Below are positions 39,989 through 51,200 of a DNA stretch of 64,000 bases, piece after piece. Under the pieces are notes generated by a model. It did not search any database, was not told the origin of the DNA, and worked only from the letters and a program-made list of their open reading frames with translations. The DNA lies in contig CM000434.1 of assembly GCA_000165345.1 (NCBI GenBank), positions 960,001 through 1,024,000 on the forward strand. The letters are read 5' to 3'. Made by a program: the position numbers and the translations under genes. Each line of letters starts with the position of its first letter. Within the stretch, counting starts at the first letter, position 1.

Positions 39989-40457
39989 ATTTCCTATTAA
40001 AAATCATACTCTTATTTAAATAAGAAGTATTAATTTCTTATTTTGACTTCCAAATTTAGTTATCTTAAAAGCTATTTTTTGACTATTCAACTTTCTAGTC
40101 TTATTAATTCTTCTATTTACGTTTTTCCTTAGTTTCTTAACTTTTTACAATATTATTTTTGTAGACACTATTTTTTAAAATTATGACATGATTTAGACTT
40201 TTTATAGCCAAAAACTTCTCAATCCCACATCTAACATGGAAATCTTTTTAATTCTATTATTATTTGATATGGCATTTCCCGCCAAATCCGCTTGGCGCCA
40301 TACGTGTCAAAATATTGATAACGGTACCTATGGTTAAATAGGAAGTTAATAATAAATCAAAATATAATTTTTTTTTTCAGTGGATAATTTAGAAAAGGAA
40401 AAATTAGGAGAGTTAAAGAAATTATAGAAAAGATTGTGAATTAAATAATGAGACCTC

Positions 40458-41828
40458 ATGAATAAACATAGAAATTTTTTAAGAAAGTTATGTTCTGGCC
40501 CGATATTATTATTAATAATTTTGAGCTTATCCAATAGTACTGAAGTGGATAAAGCTATTAATTTTAAAGAAAACTTACAATCAAAAGAATCAACATTTTC
40601 AACAGGGCTTAGAATACCAAATTATAATAATCATTCTGAAATTTGTAGATTATGTGGTTGTGACTCTACGAAGAATGTAAATGTAGAAGGTTTTAAATCT
40701 TTTACATGTAGTAACTGCAACAAATCCAAAATTCAAGAAGGAGATTGCATTTTGCAAGGAGCAATAAATGATTCAAACAATAACAAAACTGAACTAGTTC
40801 ATGGACTAGAAACTTCAGTTTTTGGAGATTATAGAAGTTTGTTCTTTGGGAAATCTGACTTTTTAACCAGTAGAAGCTATAGAAATAATCTATTGGCTCG
40901 TATTTTTGAACCAGAATTTACATGGGAAAATTTTTCACATGGAAGTATTAAAGATAATTGTAAAATATACAGAGATGAAAATGATGATTTTGAACATTTT
41001 AAGCTTAGTTTTACTTATACACTACATGGCGACCGAAATTGTACACGTCTTTTACTTCATTTTGTGAATAAACACACTGGAAGTACTCTATATAAGAATT
41101 TAAGTCCATTTAAAGAAATAGAAAGTGATTATGATTTAAATTCATTGATGGTTTTTAGGCATGATGATATCAAAGTTAGAGTAGATTCTCTTGAGAAGGT
41201 TAATCTTCACCAAGAATTCAATATCACTTCATACGACTCACCTCCCAAATTCCTATTTAGTTCTGAACAACAAGAATGGGTACCCGTTAGTTTACGGAAT
41301 CAAGAAATTATTGTTAATCCAAAAATTATTCATGAAAGGTTATTAATTATATTTCAGCTCATTAACTCCCAAAGTTCAACTCCAAGCTGCAAAATGGACA
41401 ATGTTAAAGTCGAAGTTGTTGTTCAATGTAAATCTGTAGCTTTCCCGCCAAACCCAAAATACAATAAGGATTTTGTTCAAGATAAACTTAAGAAAATGCA
41501 TTCTAAGTATGATGATAAAATTTTTAAGCTTTTCTTACAAAAATTTGAAGAAAAACTTATGCATGTTCTTGGCTCAATTCCTAATGCTCTACTCACTACA
41601 AATAGTAACAAGTTAATAACGAATACACCCTTGAGCAACTTTTCAATTCCTTGCAAAGAAGCTATTTATCTTGGCGATATTCCAAAGTTAATGACCAAAT
41701 TTAATTATACCTCTAAATTTAATGAACTTGCTAATTCTGGTTCCTATTCTACTTCAACACCAACTTTTGAAGATGTTGACGAAAATAAGCTTTTTAATGA
41801 CATCGAAGCTGCACTTAATACTAACTAA
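40458..41828 (+). CDS. Secreted cysteine-containing protein with a signal peptide. Unknown function, probably lineage-specific.
   Basis: Hydrophobic signal-like 'GPILLLIILSLSNS' near the N-terminus, many N-glycosylation-type NxS/T sites and several CxxC/CxC cysteines. E2F-like TTTCCCGCC at 40266..40277 and TTGGCGCCA at 40282..40290 lie upstream. Confidence 0.5.
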   Translation: MNKHRNFLRKLCSGPILLLIILSLSNSTEVDKAINFKENLQSKESTFSTGLRIPNYNNHSEICRLCGCDSTKNVNVEGFKSFTCSNCNKSKIQEGDCILQGAINDSNNNKTELVHGLETSVFGDYRSLFFGKSDFLTSRSYRNNLLARIFEPEFTWENFSHGSIKDNCKIYRDENDDFEHFKLSFTYTLHGDRNCTRLLLHFVNKHTGSTLYKNLSPFKEIESDYDLNSLMVFRHDDIKVRVDSLEKVNLHQEFNITSYDSPPKFLFSSEQQEWVPVSLRNQEIIVNPKIIHERLLIIFQLINSQSSTPSCKMDNVKVEVVVQCKSVAFPPNPKYNKDFVQDKLKKMHSKYDDKIFKLFLQKFEEKLMHVLGSIPNALLTTNSNKLITNTPLSNFSIPCKEAIYLGDIPKLMTKFNYTSKFNELANSGSYSTSTPTFEDVDENKLFNDIEAALNTN

Positions 41829-42284
41829 TCAAATCTATTCGTCTTAGATTTCTTTTATTATAATTCTAAACAAACAACAAACTAATATTTACATCTTCAA
41901 CTCTACATGCACTATTTAAATTTTCCCGCCTAAAATTGCTCGTATTTTTTAGAAGTTAGAAAAATTAACGCTTTAGTTTAATAATTAGGATCTACCATGT
42001 ATATCAATGAATTTCTTCTCTTCCATTCTGTGAAAACTCTTTTTTCCTCTTCATACGAGAATTGAAGTAATCCTTTGATAATTTATAAGGGAGGGTGAAA
42101 AGTTAGTTTTGGCGGTTAACATGGCCTAAGACACCCCTCTGGGCCTGTGAGTATAAGAAAGACCAGGAGGCCATTAATAATAAGAAAAGTGTAAAAAAGA
42201 AGATCAGTCCTTTATGGATATTAAGGATTGATAGAGTAGTGCTTGATCATCCTAAAGGAGGCTTGCGTTAAAAAAAAGGACCAA

Positions 42285-45200
42285 ATGGTTCGTAATGGTG
42301 ATCAAAGTCTTATAAACATATCATCTACAGACAAGTCTGATAAATGGGACTTGAAGCATAAAAATGAAGAAATTCCAACCAGAAAAGTGGTGGAGGAATC
42401 AAGTCTAGAATACTACGAGAGATCATCGCGCTCGGCCTCGCACTTTGGTAAGGTTTATAATGGACTATATCCAGTAGGTCCAAGATTACCAAGTTTCTCT
42501 TCATCCAATAAAAGAAGTAGGCTACAGAGTACATATAATGAGGATGAGTTCAGTTCCAGTTCAGCAAATAGTTCTGTTATAAATTCCGATGATAAAATGT
42601 ATATTGATTTTCCAATTCGAAATTTCTGGAAGATTGCAAAGACTCCTATAGACATGGAATCTCCCCAAATTGGGTATTGTCGAGGCTTTTATTATAGATT
42701 GTTAGTTCATCCCAGAGGAGGGAGTTGTAATGATTCTGAAAGCAGCTACTTGAGCGTGTTTTTGGAAGCACTTTACCATGAATCATATCCAGACGATTGG
42801 ATTTTTCCAAATGTTCGATTTCAACTTTCAGTTGTAAACTTTTTAGACCCCAAAGCAAATATCACGTCTTGGGCCCATTGGACATTTTCTCATGATGCAA
42901 TGAGTAGAGGATGGCATAAGATGGTTTCACATGTGAGACTCACTAGAGCTGCAGGTTTTGTTGATGACGAAGGAACCGTGTTAATTAGAGGTAGAGCTGA
43001 GCCTCCATTTCCGAGAATTTGGTCAAGATCTCCTAAATGTAGGCCATGGAGTATATGGGGTACCTTACCCTATAGAAATGCATCAGCATTGGCTCAGTAT
43101 AAGCCTTGTATTACCGGAACCCGCCAAGATCAGAACCAAGGCTGTTCTGATAAGCATGTTATTACAACAAATCTTTGTGCTTTTCATGAATTAGCAGAGA
43201 ATTCTAATAGAGGTCTTCTTTCTTGTAGAGCAGAATCACTATCTTCAGAAAGTTGTGGCATTTCTCAACATCAGTTAGAAGGCTCCTTATTAGTAGGGAG
43301 TACTCCTTTGTCAATTATGGATAGACTTTTATGGTCCAGTAGTAATTTGTTTGTTCCAACTTTAAGATCTCAGCTTAATGTGGACTTTGTTCCTGCATTT
43401 GTCCATTTGCTTTACCATATCAAAGAGTTTAGGAGGGCAATTTTCTCTTGGAACCCACGAATCCCTAAGAAATGTTCAACAAATCAAAATCCCAATTCTT
43501 CAGAAAGGTCAAAGAAGCATGATCCCAATCATTCTCCCGCCTCATTTATAGACCCCCAACAGCCACGTACATCCATTATTGAGGCTCTTCAGAAAACCTT
43601 TGCATATATGACTCTCTGGCCAATTGCCTATTCTGTCAAAAGATCTATCCGACATAGCTGGCAAGAAAGAATAGCCACAGATCCTTCTCTTGTGGACGAT
43701 TGGTGTTTCTCTAAATGTTGTAAATGTGGTGGTGAATTTGACTCTTATCCTAACAGTCCTGAAATGACTGACACTTCATCACTCCATACATCAAATAGCA
43801 GAAATGGCCGGCATTGTGCTTCCGATAAAAGTATTCCAACCCAGAGTTCTATTTTCAAAGAAAAGGAATGTCTCAGATGCAAATTACCTCCTGTTCCAGA
43901 TTGTTCTTGGATTATGAAAGCTTTATATATGAACGATTTACAAAGGATTGATGTTGCTGACCCTCTCATGCGCTTCCATTGCTTCATTTTTGGCGCCATT
44001 TATTTGGAGTCTGCACATGCAATTCTCCAGATTGCCGCGCATCACAGAAAGTCAATTCCACAGAATTTCAGGGGTTCAGAAAAGTTTGCCAATTTAGAGT
44101 CATCTGAAGGGAAGGATGAGTTTGAGAGATCCGAATTAACTGATGGTGAGTATAAAGAGTTTAGAGAGTCGGATGAAAGGAGTTTAGGATCACAAAGAAC
44201 TAGAGATCAGGAACAAAGTCGAGGCCAAGGCCGAGGTCAAGGTCAAAGCCAAAACCAAGATCAAGATCAAAACCAGTACTATGATCATGGACAAACACAA
44301 GGACGAGATATGAATATCTCAATCTCTTCTATTTTTGACTTAGAAGAGGATCTGAGAGTCCCAACAGAGTTTGATAATACTTGCAGAGTATTGTTTTCCA
44401 GTGTAGCTGAAGATGGAGGTGATTGCTTCTCTGACTACTCCACGTGCTGCCTTAGAGCTAAGCATATTCATTCAATCCCCAAAGCTATTGAGCATTATGC
44501 TCACAGATTTAAAAGATTCCCTGAAACACTTTTTATTTACTTCACTCCTCCAAAAAATGCCAAGAAGGGAGAGTTGTTTGACGTTCCTTTTAGGCTTGAA
44601 GCATCATTTTTATTGGAGAATTCCAATGTAAATGTAAATACAGGTATCGGAGTGGTTGATCAAGATTTTAAGGGTATAAAATCTGATAATCGTGGACAAA
44701 ACACTAATCAACAAGAGGATATTCAACCTCTTGTCACTGAACAATTCCAAGATGATGAAGTTATTGATGAAAGTACTCCAGACCTGAAAGGTAAAGTTAG
44801 AGGTAATAAAGAAGCAACAGGCTCTGAATCTGGTCAAAATACAACGAGCGTAGTTTTGGACAATAATGATTCTGCATTATGTGTTGAATCCAATGATGAA
44901 TACTCTTTAGAATACGTCTCAGAGGATGGATTTGATGAGAATCAGGACACCTCTATTCAATCTGATAGTCAGGACGATACAACAGGACATAAAAGTGATG
45001 TCAAATCTCCAAATTCTGAGAACTTCTTTGGATCTTCCAGCCAATATATGGAAAAATGGTACTCATTATATGGAGTGATCATTAAAGAAGGAGACGCTTC
45101 TGGAAGTAATTCTACAAGAAGTGTTCATCAACTTCTAATTAGACCTGAAGAAGATGGTCCATGGTTTAGAATTTGTGATGGTTTAGTTGAAAGACTTATA

Positions 45201-48200
45201 CCAAAGATTGAATTCACAGAGTGGAAATGTCATGGTGGATTCTTTTGTGCTGCTGCTGTATATATTGCTGAGGATTACATTGATTCAATTGCTGCAGGAG
45301 ACGTAATGGCTGATTGTGATATAAAGACTATTAACCCAAAGCTATATCAAGAGACTCTAGATCTTCTGGAAGTTTCTGAGGAAGAACTTCAGTATATCCC
45401 ATCTTGGGTATCTACACAAGTTAATACTTATGGTCCAAACAATGTACATTTGGAGATGCCTTCTTCAGAAGTTGATCATCTTGCAATGTGTGTAGATATT
45501 GCAAACGTTACTGTATGTGACTCAACAACATGTGTATTTGGACATCCTCTAATGGATGCTGGTTTATCAATTGATCCTTACTCTTTATGGATGCTTGTTG
45601 ATTATCGTTGGGGTTGGCCTTTAGTAAACAGCTACTTCCAACTCCAAGAACCTTTGGTTCAAGCTTTTTCAGCAGATCCTTCTGTTATACTTTCTGGGAG
45701 GACTATTCTCACTCCTTCAGCTCAAAAGCTACTCAATTCATTATCATTCAAATCTTTACGAGATTCTATACCAAAGTTTTGGAGCTTATTATTCGATATT
45801 ATGTTAGGACCAGATTTGGATTCTAAGGATCTTGATGCAATTCTACAAGTAGTTCCTCATCTTAGATCTCTATCTGCTAATATATTTCTTGAGATCCATA
45901 GGCTTTTGGAAGAATTTGGTATTTCTGAGGAATCTCAAGATCTTTTATTCTCCCAATCTGAGCTATACTCTGCTTTAGAACCTGATGTTAATCATTGTGA
46001 AATTAATAAAGATGATCTTCAAGATCAAGATCAAGATCAACAACATGATAAAGGCTGTCTAAAAGAGTATTTAAAGAATAACATTACAATCGAAGATAAA
46101 CTGGTACCTTATAATAAAGTAAAAATGATTTTATATCCTTCAATTCCTTCTCATCCTCCAAGCTTCCAACTAAATCAAAATGAAATCACTCCATCTTATA
46201 ATATTGCTCTAAACTTCATTAACAGGCTTCACATCCTTCTTTGGCCTCATCTTATACATTTTATCTATGAGCTTCTTCCTGTTGCAATTACTATCAGACT
46301 AAAAAGACTTCTTTTCAAGAGTAGTGACGACCTCTTATTTGATCCCAGACTTACTCCTGAAGATCTTTGTGCTAGATTCTTAACAGAATCCAAGTTTCTA
46401 TTAGAATCTAGCTGTTGTCCACTTAACTTGATTAGATTCTGTGATAACAAACAGCTTTTGAATGCTGCAATAAACCAGGTAGCAGCAGCTTTAGATATAC
46501 ATGGATCATCATATACAGCAGCTTCTTGTTCTTTATCTTGTCCTACTAATAGAATGATTGATAGATTTGCTTCAGAGCTTGGAAGTTCAAACTTTGTAGT
46601 CCCAATATTGGTATATATTACTCAAATATTACTTTCTGGAACATTATATAGAGTATCATCAAAATTACTTCCACCTGAAGCTTTGTATACTTGGCCTACA
46701 AGTTCTTCAAATCAAGAATCTTTGTCTTTAACAGGTATCGGGAATTTAATTAATCATAAAGATTCCACGCCTTCAAAACAGTCAACTGGATCAAAAAAGA
46801 GGAATTCTTCAAATAAGTCTTCTTCTGGTACAGCAAGTTCTAATGGATTAATTGTACCAAATCCACTCTCAGAAGCAATTCAACATCTTCAAGTGAATCA
46901 GGTATCATTCAGTCATATTGATCCTTATGTATTTATTCCTCTTCATACATTCCACGCTGTATCAACTCCTTTATTGGTAAACATCATCTTTGAAAATGAT
47001 CTTATAGGGAGGAAGTCTTTTGCATCTGAGAGTTTTCTATGTGCTTCCAGAGTCCTTCATGTAAATAGACTTGCAACAGTAAGACATTTATACTCAGCAA
47101 TAAGAAAAGTTCTATATCAACAATTTCTAGATACAAAGATTTCTAATAGTTTAGATACTCCAGATGTAACACCATTAGATACTCCTCAATCTAAGAATAA
47201 TAATGAACATAATACAATAGGAGGAAGACAACAATCTTCTGGTCATACTCATACTAATAAGAAGAATACAATATCAAATATTCCGATACCTATAGATTGT
47301 GAAGGTTTTGATTTAAGTTGGATACCAAGTAATCCATTGGATGTTTTCTGTCTTTACTCTTTAAGACCAGATACTGATCCAACAAGAAGAGGAAGACTTA
47401 AATATACTTATATGCAACCAAATGACTTTCTAGAGAATCATTATTATGGACCTCACAAATCTAATTATGTTACGTATTGTGATGTTGCAATTTTAATTTG
47501 TGTACCTCCAGAATTGAAGCTCCAAATACCTCCAGGATCTCAGAATTCGGATCATATAACAAAAAATTCTTCATCCCAAATGAATACAGTATCGGTATCT
47601 GGAGTAGGGGTACCGGGAAAAGCAGCAAGCTTAATGGGGTCAATATCAGCAGGAATTGGAGAATCTGATTCAGATTGTGCATGTTTGTATACTTGTCCAA
47701 GTCATATAGCTCATTCACCAGTATGTCAGAGTTCAAGGATGATAGAAAAGACTGTTCCAAAAATCGTCTCACCTTTATTCAAGGCTAAACTAATAGATCC
47801 TTTATGGTCAAGTACTAAATTCCCAATGAATGATGATTCAGTTGCTCCTCTTTTGATTTTTAAATGGTTTGATCAGACAACTTTGGATATTACACTGTTA
47901 AGTGCATCAATATGTGAAGCAAGAAAGTCTTTAAGAGATTGTATTGTTTCTTGGGTATTCCCTAGAGCAAGAAGAATGGGATTAATGCCTCAAAATTCTT
48001 CTAAAGAGACTCCAAATGCAGATGATTATACAGTTTTAGAGGAATGTCATATTAGAGTATGTCAAAATGTAAGAAGATGGACTTCATCAATAAAGAAAAT
48101 CAATAGAACAACAGGAGATGTATTTATTGTTCAAAAAAGATACAATAATTTGGGATCATCCCAACCTCTGATTTCTGATTGTTCATTTATATCACCCTTT

Positions 48201-51200
48201 ATATCAGCAGCATTATCATCTAATTCATATTCGGGTATTGTAGATGACTTTCCGCCTTCTCTTTCAAGGGATGAGTTATTAGCTATAATTACTAGTATGA
48301 ATACTAAGAAGATTAACCAGCTTGGGATCTTTAATACTCCAATTAAAGGTATATCAGGAAGCAATTCTCCAACAGTATTAGATCTAAAAAAGAATAGTTT
48401 GGATAGAACTTGGCCGATATCTGCATCTCCTATGGGAGGAGATCCTAAATTAACCTTTTCACAATTCTTTGATATTCTTAAGCATGGGGACGATTCTGGG
48501 GACTTTTTAGCATCCCAAATTGAGGATTTGGATATCTATTCATATCAGAATAGTAGTTGTAAGATTTCTATGGAAGATATTTCTTCATTAAAATCCGGTA
48601 CCGATCAAGGAAATTCATTGAATCAGGCAGAAAAAGGTAATCATTCTGTAACTGGAGTTAGTAATGAAACAACTTCAATAGATTTGAAGTCAGTTACAAC
48701 ATTTACTAATACAAATACAGTACAGATTTTAAATGCAAACAACTCTAATCAAAATGATTTATCTGCAATTTCTAGTAACTCTTTAATTGGAGGAACAGGA
48801 GTGGCGGGAACTTCTGGAGGTGGATCTAAGAAGAAGAAAAAAGCTTCCAAGAAGCTTCCTGGAATTCCATCACTACAGAAATCAAGCATTGTGAAGGCTT
48901 TAAATGCTCAGAGAAGACTAGAATCTCAATCTACAAGACTTGTAGATAATGATTCAGCTGATTTATCAGGATTGAGAGGGAGAGATCAAGGTCAAGATCA
49001 TGATCAAGATCTTGATCATGATCGGAGTCAGGGTCAGAATCAGAATCAGGATCAGGGTCAGGGTCAGGGTCAAGCCCAGGATCATGATCAGGATCAGGAT
49101 CAACATAGTAATCAGTATAATGAAGAGGAATCCAAACAGGATAATAAGGGAAATGAAAAACGCAAAGAAGGTCATAAAGAGAAGGATGTTGAAAGAAGTG
49201 ATATTAAAGTAAACAATTTATCTACAGCTTTGAAAAAGGATGCAAACTCTCCTGAATCTATGGATAAAGCTGGCTTGGAGGCTAAGCCTGATTCATCTTC
49301 TCCTTCTTCCTCCTTTTCTTATGGAACTGTATCTCTTAGACCAGAAAAGCTTCAGAAAGTTCCTGATGAACTTTTTGAAATCGCTCTTGAAAGCTTTTCT
49401 GGAGACTCATTCAGTGTCTCCAGCTTAGTTGGCCGTTTATTGGAGCGTGTTATATGCAGATTTTCTGAGATCTCAAATAGAAAAAAGGAAGACTCCTCAT
49501 CTCATATTTCTGAAACCTTTTCTGATTCTAATAATAGATCCGAATTCCTATTATGGATGAATGGATTAAATGATCTCGTATGTAACTTATCTTTGATTGG
49601 AGGTAGCAAAAAGATTGACCAAACTCTTATTCAAAGAGAAATCATACAACTCCTTAGAAGACTTCTCTCAACTGAGACAAGTTCTCAACAACTTTCTAGT
49701 GTTGCATCTGAAAGTCTTTCATCTATAATTAAATATTTAGAGGATGGAAATCTTGAGCCTTGTTTTAAATCAATAATTTACAATATTCCACAAGTTGGAT
49801 CAGGATCAAGATCATTAATATCGGTACCTGGTTTATTAAAAACGATACCCAAATATGGTAATAATTTTAATAAAGAATCATTTAATAATTATTATAATAA
49901 TATGTATAATATTTTAGTACCAGTACAACAAAGATCTGCTATTTTGTTCACAATATTATTAATTAAAAGTTTAACAATACTGTCTCCAAGTTCAATAATA
50001 GAGATGCATCTTGGATTACTTCCTAAGACGGATTATATAAGATCTAATTCATTAATTAAATCAACAGGTTATAAATCAATTAAGTCGTTTGTTTTGTTAG
50101 CATACTTTTTGAATGTTTTTGGAGTTAAAGATGCAATGGATGTTATTATTTCAATACAAGGAGTTAAAGGATTTGAGAATCTATTGATTAGGATGGCATC
50201 CTATACTATAGGCTTGAGACAATATGCAACTAGTAACTTTATTATAGAGAATATTGAAAAGCTTCATGATCATCATCCATCTTTAGATTGGGTATCGTCT
50301 TTAAGAATTACTGATAAGTTAGCAATCAGTGAGGAAGTTCTTAAGAAGACTTTGGAGACTATTTGTGATCATTTTTCTACAAAGAGTAATTCAGCTTTTG
50401 CTCAGAATAAGAAGACTTTGGATTTAATACAAAATGTTGAAGGAATTGTCAGATTCTCAGATATCAATGATTTTGCATATGAACAGGCTCAATTATTAGA
50501 AATGAGAAAAGTTGGAAAAGATTCTCCTCAAATATTAGTTAATAATGATGACTTATGTATAATACTTAAACCTCCTTTCTGGTATTGTCCAATAGAAGGT
50601 ACAGGGATGGATGAGGATGAACAAGATGAGGAGGATAAACAAGATGAACAAGAAGAAAGTGTAGAATATGAAGAAGAATTAGAATACAAAGAAGATGAAA
50701 CTGATGGTGATAAAATAGAAAATCAAAGAAATGATGACAAGAAAAGAAGAAAGGTAAAAAAGAAGCTTGATCATGATAATATCCAAGATGAAAACAATAA
50801 GGATGAGAAAACAGGTATAAGAAAAGATCTTAAGAATAAAGTATCGAGTATTATAATTAAAGAAGAAGATAATGATTCTGAAATTGAAGTTGAAAAAGAT
50901 AATAATAATAGTAATACTGATGAATTTGAGGAGATTCTAAATAGTGGAAGAATGGAAAGTATCTTGAACTTTTTGAAATTAAGATGTAAAGGAATAGGCT
51001 TAGATTTAAGAGGTAACGAGAAAATGATTAAAAGAATTGGATTAAAACTTGGAGTTGAGATTGGAGGTCCAATATTAATTTTAAAGAATGAAGATATGGA
51101 GAAATACTATAATAAGAATGAGATCTTGAATCAAATTCATTGTCAGTATATATTTTTATGCCATGGACAGATTCAGAATTCTTCTGATAGAAATGTCTCT

